In this document: one piece after another, positions 12,310 to 24,970 of the stretch
Layout: the number at the start of each line of letters is the position of its first letter
Numbering within the stretch: position 1 is the stretch's first letter
Assembly: GCA_002269645.1 (NCBI GenBank)
Contig: NIVC01000658.1
Coordinates: forward strand, 248,001 to 312,000
DNA length: 64,000 bases
Direction: 5' to 3'
Source of the DNA: Macrostomum lignano
Lineage: Eukaryota
Made by a program: the position numbers and the translations under genes
The notes under the pieces: model-generated
Databases searched by the model: none
Told to the model about the DNA's origin: nothing
The model's input: only the letters and a program-made list of their open reading frames with translations

Positions 12310-12690
12310 CCGTGAGTAAGTCCTAGACATTGTGTCAGTGAGTCCTAGACATTGTGTCAGTGAGTCCTAGACATTGTGTCAGTGAGTCCTAGACATTGTG
12401 TTAGTGAGTCCTAAACATTGTGTCAGTGAGTCCTAGACATTGTGTCAGTGAGTCCTAGACATTGTGTCAGTGAGTCCTAGACATTGTGTCAGTGAGTCCT
12501 AGACATTGTGTCAGTGAGTCCTAGACATTGTGTCAGTGAGTCCTAAACATTGTGTCAGTAAGTCCTAGACACTGTCAGTGAGTCCTAGACATTGTGTCCG
12601 TGAGTTCTAGACATTGTGTCCGTGAGACCTGTGTCCGTGAGGCCTGTGTCAGTGAGTCCTAGTATTGTCAGTGAGTCCTAGACACTGAGA
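12310..12690. repeat. 22-bp minisatellite GTCAGTGAGTCCTAGACATTGT
   Basis: Direct reading. Confidence 0.95.
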
Positions 12691-13809
12691 ATGAGTTCTA
12701 GGGGGGGTTCTAATTGTCAGTGAATATTGTCAGATAGCTACCTTTTCGTTCTAAATCTAGCTTTGGATTTTGGAACAAAAATTAATCTATAAATTCCACC
12801 CCAATATCCGAGCCATAAAGTTCCCATTCCAACAACTAGTTTTTCTGCACCGAAAAAAGTGGCGCCCCGGTTTTGGTACACACATCCTCGGGTCGGGAGT
12901 GACTGATAAACCAGCAGTTTATCAGTTCCGTTCGAGCCAATATTTCCCCTTTGACTGCCAGGCCCTGCTGGCTGCAATTAAAAGTACACCGCGGCATAAA
13001 AACCCGACGGTGCAGAGTTGCAGACCAATTCGAATAGCTCCTTGCTAGATTATTGATTAATCCTCTCTCCTGCCTTCATCCAATCAAGCCTAAATTTAGT
13101 CCCTCTCAGATCCTCATTCGATTATGTAAAAGTGCAACTAGGTCCCCCTGGAAAATTGGGAAACAAACTCGTTTATATGGGATTTCATTTTTATAGGTAG
13201 AGATTTGCGCTCCCGCGAGAGGCTCTATTGTCACGACTCACTAGGGACTGGGAGGAAAAGGAGTTTGAGTTAGCTGATGACTGGGAAGGACTCATTTTCA
13301 TGGATTTGAAAAAAGTACACGCAAGGCAGTCGAACGACTAACGAACGGCCTGCCCTTCAGCTAGGGGAGAGGGGGGCCGGGACGACGCTAAAGTGCGCCT
13401 GCCTCCCCGGCAGTGTTCTATTTTTAGCAACACGGGCAGACAACACGCTTTAAAGTGCAAAGGCTCTCGTTTTCATTGCGCGCTTGTGAGAGAAAATGGC
13501 CTGATGATAGCTGAAACTTGCACTGTACTCGTCTTTTTTATGAGGCCTTTTTACGCCTGAAATAACTTCTGCATGTCCTTGCTGAAGGAGAAGACTCGTA
13601 AATTCGAAGATTACAAAGATATACCACTCAGGGGTACGTGTGATAAACCACCGACCCCGCAGAGTTGACTTCAGGGTAGCGGTTGATCAATGTTGTTGAG
13701 TAGTGAGTATATATATGACATCTGGGATGCTTAAAACTTTCCTTCACAAAGACAGGCGTGATAAGAAAAGAAAGTTAATGAGGACTTGAAGGTGAAAAAT
13801 CGACAGTGG

Positions 13810-14420
<611 letters not shown>

Positions 14421-15009
14421 AGCTGAGAGATGGAGCCTACAGGGTACTGGAGGAGGTGAAAGACAAGAGACGAACGGATGTGAGAGTGAATTCGAATTCG
14501 AATGTCACTGAGGCATCGGTGAATAGTGAGAAAGAATGACTGGATAAGGCTGCTAGGGAAGTTAGGAGGCGATGGGATGTCATGTGACAGAGTGCCATCA
14601 CGAACTTGTCACATTCGAGAGTATCGATAATATTGCGGAGGAATTTAACGAAGCGAATGCACAGGTCCAGGCTCCAAAGTAGTTGTGCGAACTCTAAATT
14701 AAAATTTGAATTTCCGTGCAGTCGAATAGCGATTGACAAGTATCAGCTGAAGATCGAACTGGGGTGCATGCGAAGCTTTCACTGGCTGCACCTGCCATGA
14801 AGGAACCGACATGTAAATAGGTGAGAAAGATTTCTCTTTTTTTTCCTTTCGATCCAATTCTATCGCGCCATAAGCTGAGCTGGCCCAAAAATGGCCCATG
14901 GTAACGAATGAATGCCATTGTGCATGCAATGTACGCATTTGGTACGTGGGCAGCTGCTGTTAGGAGCTATTGCCGTGGGGTGCGGTTCGTGCTATTAGGA
15001 CTACGAGTC

Positions 15010-15507
15010 TCAGTGGTTAGACCCGAGTGTCAGTTGATAGACCCGAGTGTCAGTTGATAGACCAGAGTGTCAGTGGATAGACCCGAGTGTCAGTTGATAG
15101 ACCCGAGTGTCAGTTGATAGACCCGAGTGTCAGTTGATAGACCCGAGTGTCAGTTGATAGACCCGAGTGTCAGTTGATAGACCTGAGTGTCAGTGGATAG
15201 ACCTGAGTGTCAGTGGATAGACCTGAGTGTCAGTGGATAGACCTGAGTGTCAGCGGATAGACCAGAGTGTCAGTGGATAGACCCGAGTGTCAGTTGATAG
15301 ACCCGAGTGTCAGTTGATAGACCAGAGTGTCAGTTGATAGACCAGAGTGTCAGTGGATAGACCCGAGTGTCAGTGGATAGACCCGAGTGTCAGTGGATAG
15401 ACCCGAGTGTCAGTGGATAGACCCGAGTGTCAGTGGATAGACCCGAGTGTCAGTGGATAGACCCGAGTGTCAGTGGATAGACCCGAGTGTCAGTGGATAG
15501 ACCCGAG
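15010..15507. repeat. 20-bp minisatellite GTCAG(T/G)GATAGACCCGAGT-like
   Basis: Direct reading. Confidence 0.95.
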
Positions 15508-15959
15508 CATCTATCAACAATGAGAGTGAGCAATGCAATAATTTCGTCATTCCCAGTCTGGTTAATTTTACGGCCTCCAACGCCAGGTCGCCCACCTTCT
15601 CTCCCAGCAGAAGTGTTTACGATAGCTGGCTGCCCAGCAATTCTATTATATTTTGCACTCTTAAACTACTGTACGCATGCATGCAAAGCACTTGAGCCGC
15701 GTTCTCCGGGCTCACGGTGAGATCTACATGTATGCATTAGCGAAACGCAGTTGTTCCATAAAGTTTTTTTCCAAGGCATGGCTGTCACCCACCTCCAGTG
15801 CAGACGAATTTGCGCTTTTGGACGAACGTTTGCTGGTTCAATACTCGCACGAGAGATCAGAGTGTAGAGTTGAAAATTATAATATTAGTTTTAGTTAATT
15901 GCGCTCAATCGGCTTAATATTTTAACGCTGCTAGATTGAAATCTGGTTGGACAAGGCTA

Positions 15960-16245
<286 letters not shown>

Positions 16246-16319
16246 ACAGCAATCGAATACAGAAAAACCATGCAATTTCAACTGACGCACATCGAGGAAA
16301 GTCTGATGACACCAAGCAG

Positions 16320-16508
16320 CCAGCAAACTGGATAACGGTACCAGCAGACTGGATAACGGTACCAGCAAACTGGATAACGGTACCAGCAGACTGGATAACG
16401 GTACCAGCAGACTGGATAACGGTACCAGCAGACTGGATAACGGTACCAGCAGACTGGATAACGGTACCAGCAGACTGGATAACGGTACCAGCAAACTGGA
16501 TAACGGTA
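16320..16508. repeat. 21-bp minisatellite CCAGCAGACTGGATAACGGTA, ~9 copies
   Basis: Direct reading. Confidence 0.95.
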
Positions 16509-17189
16509 TAGTGTATTTCCACTCACTCAAATAGCATGGAAAATTCGCATTGGACATGGAGAAACGCACACAGAATTTTAAACGAAATTTCGATTTCCAA
16601 ACGATTTGAGACAGAGAGACAGAGAGTGAGAGAGTAGTTTGCAAAGCTCTCTGATGTAGCGGTGCGGGAAATAAATTGCAAAACTCACGCTTCCTGGACA
16701 GAGAAGGGAGAGCCCGCGAAGGCAACTCAAATTGGGAAAATTGTGAGCGATTTCGCCCAGGTGCAACAAAATTGAGATAAGTAGACAATTTTGGATAGAG
16801 ATTTAAAATAATCACAAAACGGTCAAGATGATTTTCATACTCTGGTAGAACTAGTATTGATCAGCGAGTGTACTGCAGTATGTAGGCAGTGCATTCTATA
16901 GGTTCAGTGCGACTGACAACAACGCCTGACAATCGACGCGATGACGCAGCTACGCAGAGGACGCTTAACAGGATGAAGACTATATATAATTGAATTTTGA
17001 GCTGTCTCTTGTCAGAAAGAGGAAGTAAAGAGGAAGCGAATTTGATGGATTGAAATGAAGCTGCGGAATCAAACTGTTCAGCTGAGGATTAGGAGGCAGA
17101 AAGAAGGTATAGGGATCAAAAGAAACCAAACGCGAGGAGAGAGTGGAAGATGAATAGAAAAGGGGCGAAAGAGAGATAGGAGAGTAAGA

Positions 17190-17900
17190 AATGGTAGAGA
17201 GAGAAAAGAGGGAAGAGGTGAGGGAAAGGGAGAAGAAGAGGGAAAGGGAGAGGGAGAGAGGGACAGGGAGAGGGAGAGGGAGAGGGAGAGAAGAAGGGAA
17301 GAGGAAGAGAGGGAGACAGAGAGGGAGAGGAAGAGGAAGAGGGAGAGAGGGAGAGGGAGAGAAGGAGAGGGAGAGAGGGAGAGGGAGAGAAGGAGAGGGA
17401 GAGGGAGAGAGAGGGACAGGGAGAGGAGAGAGGAAGAGGGAGGGAGAGAGGGAGAGGGAGAGGGAGAGAGGGAGAGAGAGAGGGAGAGGGAGAGTGGGAG
17501 AGGGAGAGGGAGGGAGGAAGGGGAGAGGGAGAGGGAGAGGGAGAGGGAGAGAGGGAGAGGGAGAGGGAGAGAGAGAGAGGGAGAGAGGGAGAGGGAGAGG
17601 GAGAGAGGGAGAGAGAGGGAGAGGGAGAGTGGGAGAGGGAGAGGGAGGGAGGAAGGGGAGAGGGAGAGGGAGAGGGAGAGGGAGAGGGAGAGAGGGAGAG
17701 GGAGAGGGAGAGAGGGAGAGGGAGAGGGAGAGTGGGAGAGGGAGAGGGAGGGAGGAAGGGGAGAGGGAGAGGGAGAGGGAGAGAGGGAGAGGGAGAGGGA
17801 GAGAGAAAGGGGAGAGAGAGACAGAGAGGGAGAGGGAGAGGGAGAGGGAGAGAGAAAGGGGAGAGGGAGACAGAGAGGGAGAGGAAGAGGGAGAAGGAGA
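17190..17900. repeat. (GAGAGG)n-type polypurine tract
   Basis: Direct reading; ORF 17191..17976 is its translation. Confidence 0.93.
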
Positions 17901-18551
17901 GTGGGATTACACAGCGGACCTAAATGAAGTCACAAAGACATTTCGTACCGAGAACTTTCAAAACATTAAAAAATAAGCAAGTTTCGAGGGCAAAACGAAA
18001 CACACAAAAATGGGCTCATGACAAAGATGGGAGAGTGAATGGCTTATAAACTGCATTTTACGCTCAGGGAGGAGAAGAGCAGCTTATTATTGACAAGCAA
18101 GCAATGCTGACACAGGAAAACAATATTACAAATGTAACAACGCTGAGTATACCGGTTCAGTAGCTCTCGATAACGAGCTTGCGCAATGGAACAAAGAGCG
18201 GATACCGGAGACACACTACTACAACTACACATACTACTACTACTACGGCTACTATACAACTATTGTATTAAAACGTTGATCCTAAAGCGATGCAGCGCCT
18301 TCTCAAAGCTGGCAGCTGCTAGGGTTCAAGCACAAGCAGGTGCCAATGTAGACAGCAGGGTGCGCATAGACGAACGGACAAAAACATGAACACACAAGAC
18401 ACACCAAAATAACATTACTACTGTTTTACGTTCATTTGGATTTGATCAAATTAGCCAGTGAAATTCAATTTCAATCTGTCATTTTCTGCGCGACGTCTTG
18501 TGCACTCGATGAATTTGTTCAATTGAACTTGTATGCAGTCAGCGGGGTGCG

Positions 18552-18775
18552 TTAGCCTAGCTGGACTCTGATGTACTCGTCAACTGTTGAGCTGAGGTGG
18601 CTGCAGAACAGGATCTCTAGCCGAGCTTTGTCAGTCTGCGACACAGCCTCCAGGATTGCTTCGGCTTCTTTGAAGTGCTGCGCTAGGCCCTTGACCCCGA
18701 GGTGATGGTAGATGTGCTTCATGATCTCTGACTGCACCTCGGCCAGGGCCGGGGCGTCCGGCTGAGACTGGTCGG
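18552..18775 (-). CDS. NR0B-like: Terminal exon of the NR0B (DAX-1/SHP)-like nuclear receptor: LBD helices ~9-12
   Basis: Acceptor CCCTATATTGCAG| at 18776; phase 1 joins the upstream exon to give AAIFM-P-D. C-terminus LEILFCSHLSSTVDEYIRVQLG* parallels the DAX-1 end ([23 protein letters not shown]). Confidence 0.75.
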
Positions 18776-18839
18776 CTGCAATATAGGGTGTCATTGTGTA
18801 CTTTTAATTGATGGATTGCTAATCTACTGCAGTGTCTAT

Positions 18840-20300
18840 GGCCCCTGGATGTTTGAGCATCTGTGCCCATACTGGCACCTCCCTGATGTCTGAGCATCTG
18901 TGCCCATACTGGCACTCCCTGGATGTTTGAGCATCTGTGCCCCATACTGGCACCTCCCTGATGTTTAAGCATCTGTGCCCATACTGGCACTCCCTGGATG
19001 TTTGAGCATCTGTGCCCATACTGGCACTCCCTGATGTTTGAGCATCTGTGCCCATACTGGCACCTCCCTGATGTTTGAGCATCTGTGCCCCATACTGGCA
19101 CCTCCCTGGATGTTTGAGCATCTGTGCCCCATACTGGCACTCCCTGATGTTTGAGCATCTGTGCCCATACTGGCACTCCCTGATGTTTGAGTATCTGTGC
19201 CCATACTGGCACCTCCCTGATGTCTGAGCATCTGTGCCCATACTGGCACTCCCTGATGTTTGAGTATCTGTGCCCATACTGGCACCTCCCTGATGTCTGA
19301 GCATCTGTGCCCATACTGGCACTCCCTGATGTTTGAGCATCTGTGCCCATACTGGCACTCCCTGATGTTTGAGTATCTGTGCCCCATACTGGCACTCCCT
19401 GATGTTTGAGCATCTGTGCCCATACTGGCACTCCCTGATGTTTGAGTATCTGTGCCCATACTGGCACCTCCCTGATGTCTAAGCATCTGTGCCCATACTG
19501 GCACTCCCTGGATGTTTGAGCATCTGTGCCCCATACTGGCACCTCCCTGATGTTTGAGCATCTGTGCCCATACTGGCACCTCCCTGATTTTTGAGCATCT
19601 GTGCCCCATACTGGCACCTCCCTGGATGTTTGAGCATCTGTGCCCCATACTGGCACTCCCTGATGTTTGAGCATCTGTGCCCATACTGGCACTCCCTGAT
19701 GTTTGAGCATCTGTGCCCCATACTGGGACCTCCCTGATGTTTGAGCATCTGTGCCCCATACTGGCACCTCCCTGATGTTTGAGCATCTGTGCCCCATACT
19801 GGCACCTCCCTGGATGTCTGAGCATCTGTGCCCCATACTGGCACCTCCCTGATGTTTGAGCATCTGTGCCCCATACTGGCACCTCCCTGGATGTTTGAGC
19901 ATCTGTGCCCATACTGGCACCTCCCTGGATGTTTGAGCATCTGTGCCCATACTGGCACCTCCCTGGATGTTTGAGCATCTGTGCCCATACTGGCACCTCC
20001 CTGGATGTTTGAGCATCTGTGCCCATACTGGCACTCCCTGATGTTTGAGTATCTGTGCCCCATACTGGCACTCCCTGGATGTTTGAGCATCTGTGCCCAT
20101 ACTGGCACCTCCCTGGATGTTTGAGCATCTGTGCCCATACTGGCACCTCCCTGGATGTTTGAGCATCTGTGCCCATACTGGCACCTCCCTGGATGTTTGA
20201 GCATCTGTGCCCCATACTGGCACTCCCTGGATGTTTGAGCATCTGTGCCCCATACTGGCACTCCCTGGATGTTTGAGCATCTGTGCTCCATACTGGCACT
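18840..20300. repeat. ~29-32 bp minisatellite (GATGTTTGAGCATCTGTGCCCATACTGGCAC(C)TCCCT) in the NR0B-like intron
   Basis: Direct reading; source of ORFs 18631..20326. Confidence 0.96.
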
Positions 20301-21149
20301 CTATTAAATGATAAACTATTTAGCAATAAGACATTTTACTTGCATTCCCAGCAAGCAAGTCCTGTCACCTGTGTCAAACCATTAGTTGCACAACTTGTTT
20401 ATAAGAGTGAAAAGCACTTGCTCTGTCAGTAGGTGACAAGCTTTCGACCCATGAGCGAGCCCACGAGTGCACCGGGTGATGCAAGACAGGGCCACACGTA
20501 CAGTAGAGAGTGGAGGCAGTTCGGCAGAAGCAAGCACGAACGAACCCAGCACTGCTTTCTCTCCCTCTCTCCCCTAATTTCTGCAGAGTTGCTAGAAAAG
20601 TTCAAGCAAAGTTCACACGCAGGTCAAACAGGCCCCGCGCTTGCAAGCTAAATAATGACCTCTTTTTACCCCCCCCTCTGCACTGGGTCGCAGCGATGAC
20701 TCATCAGAGGTGCAGGGCAGGTAGGCAAAATTCCATGGCACTCTCAGGCGCCCAAGTACGCACTGTAGGTGAATGCTTGAGTGTGCGCCGGCCCTCGCAA
20801 TGCAACCGAGGCAAAATGCATGTATTGATACTAACCGTATAATTTATAAACCTGTTCGTTCATGATGTTATAATATAGAGCTGGGTAACTTAGTCCAACT
20901 ATAACTGATAATCTGATTTTCGAAGCATTCTCTTCTTAGTCCTAACTATACATTCTTAATAGCGATCTTATCTTCACGGCCGTTTTCTAACTTAGAACTA
21001 GGCCGAATAATACCGTATCGTGTTCGGTGCATGCATGGTAGCTCTGGTTACCTTACGAGTATTACTTAATTCAAAGCTAGCCAAGGTGTGCAAGAATGGA
21101 GAGCATCTGGATACTGAATTAGTCTTTCTTCCCGAATCTTAATCCTGAT

Positions 21150-22390
21150 TCAAGTCCCGATTTTTGAGTCCCGATTCTTGAGTCCCGATTCTTGAGTCCC
21201 GATTCTTGAGCTCCGATTCTTGAGTCCCGATTCTTGAGTCCCGATTCTTGAGAGTCCCGATTCTTGAGAGTCCCGATTCTTGAGCTCCGATTCTTGAGTC
21301 CCGATTCTTAGTCCCGATTCTTGAGAGTCCCGATTCTTGAGTCCCGATTGTTGGGCTCCGATTCTTGAGCTCCGATTCTTAGTCCCGATTCTTGAGAGTC
21401 CCGATTCTTGAGCTCCGATTCTTGAGTCCCGATTCTTGAGTCCCGATTCTTGAGAGTCCCGATTCTTGAGCTCCGATTCTTGAGTCCCGATTCTTAGTCC
21501 CGATTTTTGAGAGTCCCGATTCTTGAGTCCCGATTGTTGGGCTCCGATTCTTGAGCCCCGATTCTTGAGTCCCGATTCTTAGTCCCGATTCTTGAGCTCC
21601 GATTCTTGAGTCCCGATTCTTAGTCCCGATTCGTGAGAGTCCCGATTCTTGAGTCCCGATTGTTGGGCTCCGATTCTTGAGCTCCGATTCTTGAGTCCCG
21701 ATTCTTAGTCCCGATTCTTGAGAGTCCCGATTCTTGAGTCCCGATTGTTGGGCTCCGATTCTTGAGCTCCGATTCTTGAGTCCCGATTCTTAGTCCCGAT
21801 TCTTGAGAGTCCCGATTCTTGAGCTCCGATTCTTGAGTCCCGATTCTTAGTCCCGATTCTTGAGAGTCCCGATTCTTGAGTCCCGATTGTTGGGCTCCGA
21901 TTCTTGAGCTCCGATTCTTGAGTCCCGATTCTTAGTCCCGATTCTTGAGAGTCCCGATTCTTGAGTCCCGATTGTTGGGCTCCGATTCTTGAGCTCCGAT
22001 TCTTGAGTCCCGATTCTTAGTCCCGATTCTTGAGAGTCCCGATTCTTGAGCTCCGATTCTTGAGTCCCGATTCTTAGTCCCGATTCTTGAGAGTCCCGAT
22101 TCTTGAGTCCCGATTGTTGGGCTCCGATTCTTGAGCTCCGATTCTTGAGTCCCGATTCTTAGTCCCGATTTTTGAGAGTCCCGATTCTTGAGTCCCGATT
22201 CTTGAGTCCCGATTCTTGGGCTCCGATTCTTGAGCTCCGATTCTTGAGTCCCGATTCTTAGTCCCGATTCTTGAGAGTCCCGATTCTTGAGTCCCGATTC
22301 TTGAGTCCCGATTCTTGGGCTCCGATTCTTGAGCCTCCGATTGTTGAGTCCCGATTCTTAATTTGAGTCCCGATTCTTGAGTCCCGATAC
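21150..22390. repeat. 13-16 bp minisatellite (TCCCGATTCTTGAG) with higher-order periodicity, in the NR0B-like intron
   Basis: Direct reading; the GATTGTTGGGCTC variant recurs at regular spacing. Confidence 0.96.
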
Positions 22391-22969
22391 TTTAATCCTG
22401 AACTCAATCCAAAGTTCCGATTCAATATTCCAAGATCTAAATTCCCTAACCAAACCTGAGAGTCTATCAAACCACTCTTCACTTATTGATTAGCCTTCGA
22501 AGCCCCTTGGGCTGAAATAATTTCGAGCTGTTGTGTATCAGTCAGGACTCAGATGAGTGCACGGTGCTAAAAATAGAAACTCGACAGAAAATAAAAAAAC
22601 ATATTGACGGCTATTTTTCATAATCTAATAATAAAAATAAAGTACATGAAAGATTCTTTGCTGCATTCTCGAAAACAGATATTACAAGTTGTTATGCTCA
22701 AAAACTACTTCGAGGTCGAGACAACAAAAGTCTCAACGCAACGACCCTCAGAATTAGTTGAAGCACTTGTTTAAGCAAAGCTGGTGCTGCAGTGGGACGG
22801 CGGCGCTACCCTTTTGCTATTGTTATTCTTTTCTGTACAATAAAAGTTTTGCTTACTTTCTTGTCAGGCTGCTTACAACTGGGCCAAACTGCATTTCTGA
22901 TTCTAGTATTCGAGAGAGACTGGTTTTGGAAGTACGCTGGTAGAAGAAACAGACATGTTACTAGACTCT

Positions 22970-23205
22970 AGGGTAGACTCTAGGGTAGACATCTTTGGTA
23001 GACATCTTTGGTAGACATCTTTGGAAGACTCTAGGGTAGACATTTTTGAAAGACTCTAGGGTAGACATCTTGGGTAGACTCTAGGGTAGATATCTTTGGG
23101 CAGACTCTAGGGTAGACATCTTCGGGTAGACTCTAGGGTAGACATCTTTAGTAGACTCTAGGGTAGAAATCTTTAGTAGACTCTAGGGTAGACATCTTTG
23201 GTAGA
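22970..23205. repeat. Minisatellite GACTCTAGGGTAGACATCTTTGGTA-like next to the NR0B-like exon donor
   Basis: Direct reading. Confidence 0.9.
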
Positions 23206-23271
23206 CTTTTAAAGTAGGCCCTGGGTCAGCCAGTTAAAAGTAAAAGAGCAGAGAACAGCTCCGGCACTCAC

Positions 23272-23880
23272 GCATGAAGATGGCCGCCAGCCGCAGCAGG
23301 TTGTAGGTCACCGTGTCAAAGGGCAGATTAGAAGCCGCCGCGATCAGCCGCTGAAGATCGTCCGCAAAAGACTTCGTCGGCTGCCACTTGGCCGTGGTGG
23401 CCACCTCGCCGGACTCCTGGGACGCGGAGGTCGCGGCCGGCGACACGGCGAACTGGAAGTTGTGCTCCAGCATGTACAGCTGCAGGATCCGGGGCCAGGC
23501 CCGGCTGAGCAGATCCGCTCGTCCGGCTTTGTCCAGTGCGCCGAATAGGGCGCCGTTTGTGCGCACCAGCTCGGCGCCCTTCTTCAGCCAGTCGGCCACG
23601 TGCGACTGGGCAACCAGGATGGTCTTTTTGGCAAGGCGCACCGGCTGCTCCTGCTGCTCCGGCGGCAGAGGCTGCTGCGGCGACAGCTGCGGCATCTGGC
23701 TGTAGAGCAGCATGTTCCTCAGCAAGGGCTGTTGCTGCTGCTGCTGTTGCTGTTGCTGTTGGAGCTGGAGCTGCTGAAGACGCTGCAACTGCTGCAGCTG
23801 GTGCTGATGCTGACGCTGAAGCTCTAGCTCTTGCTGCTGCTTGAGCATCAGTTGCTGCTCGATAATCGACTCCGGGCGAA

Positions 23881-23927
<47 letters not shown>

Positions 23928-24456
23928 CCGCTGAGGTCGAGAGGCTCCTCGGCGCCAGTGAGCGCTGGCGCGGAGCCGCCGCCGAACGGGCCCCGAAGGC
24001 CGCGCGGAGCCGACAGCGGCCGGCAGGGTGCCGCCGTGCTGCTAGGCGGCTGGCAGCCCAGGGCGGTAGCGAACGGCTGCAGAGTGGCGGAGGGCAGCAC
24101 GGCGCTGCCGCGTCTGGCCGGCGCGGAGACCGACTGGGAGCGGCGCGGGAACTGGTCCGCTGTGCCGCCGAGGAAGGCGCTGCACTGCTGCACGGCGGTG
24201 GCGTCCTGTGCTGTCAGCAGGCTGTACAGAAATCCGCTGTCGCCGCCACGGCCGACGTCGTTGCTGCCTTCGGAGTTCCCGCTGTCGGCGCCGGCGGCGC
24301 TGCACCCGACACCGCAGCAGCTGGTGTCGTCTGACGTCATTTCGCAGTCCTCGCCGCACTCGTTGCCATCGCAGCTGTTGCTGCAACTGGGATCATCGCA
24401 GACGCCTTGAAACTTCAGCAATGGCGGTGGAAGCAGCTGTTGCTGTTGCTGTTGCT

Positions 24457-24488
<32 letters not shown>

Positions 24489-24629
24489 TGCTGAAGCAGC
24501 TGCGGAGTTGGCATCAGCTGAGGCAGTTGCGGCTGCTGCTGCAACAGCGGCGGAGGCTGCGACATAGGCCCTTCATCTGGCAAGCGTCGAGCCGAGGCGA
24601 GGTAGCCGCGCGGATCGTGGACCAGCGGC
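23272..24629 (-). CDS. NR0B-like: Main exon of the NR0B (DAX-1/SHP)-like orphan nuclear receptor: polyQ/Cys-rich N-terminus, FLYSLL LxxLL box, LBD helices ~3-8; no C4 zinc fingers
   Basis: WLKKGAELV...LDKAGRADLLSRAWPRILQLYMLEHNFQF...PTKSFADDLQRLIAAASNLPFDTVTYNLLRLAAIF aligns by eye with the DAX-1/SHP LBD. Donor ATGC|GTGAGT at 23271; acceptor CCCCTTAACAG| at 24630. Confidence 0.78.
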
Positions 24630-24787
24630 CTGTTAAGGGGTGAGCGTGCACACGTTCATTTTTAAATTTCAGATCAATATTTGAGATCATATTTGAGATC
24701 AAGGTACAGTACAGAGACTACAGTGCAGAGTGCAGATTGTACGTCACTGTATTTATTGCATGGGTTTTCGCGGAGGAGCCTAGAGGC

Positions 24788-24970
24788 TAGGGTTTGCAAT
24801 CCCGGGATCCTGGGATCGCGGGATTAGGGGCCAAATTCCGGGATTTGAATCCCTGGATTAAAATTTGTCGGGATTTACCGGGATTGATAATCCCGGGATT
24901 ATCCATGGCCGAGATATCCCGATCCTGACAATCCCGGGATTGACAGAAGACCGGGATTTTGCAATCCCTA
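24788..24970. mobile_element. hAT-superfamily MITE, 183 bp, with 8-bp TSD CTAGAGGC
   Basis: CTAGAGGC(24780-24787)|TAGGGTTTGCAATCCCGG...CCGGGATTTTGCAATCCCTA|CTAGAGGC(24971-24978); many subterminal CCGGGAT/ATCCCGG motifs. Confidence 0.9.

Noticed and set aside
13495-13550. Hammerhead ribozyme candidate (CTGATGA...GAAAC...GTC); a similar CTGATGA on the - strand near 20700
   Set aside because: Stems I-III do not pair at 13500, and the 20700 site lacks the GAAA core.
14440-14700. Coding-like fragment (EEVKDKRR...KE*LDKAAREVRRRWDVM*...IDNIAEEFNEANAQ)
   Set aside because: Multiple stops and a frame change, no recognisable motif and no clear splice sites.
18150-18390. Ankyrin-like words (MQRLLKAG, AGANVDSR) on the + strand
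   Set aside because: They lie in different frames, lack the TPLH core, and sit in the likely 3' region of the - strand NR0B-like gene.
24750-24762. ATTTATTGCATG, resembling the 3' end of a flatworm spliced leader as I recall it
   Set aside because: Only ~12 nt match; upstream sequence, the following donor/stem-loop and an Sm site do not fit an SL RNA gene.
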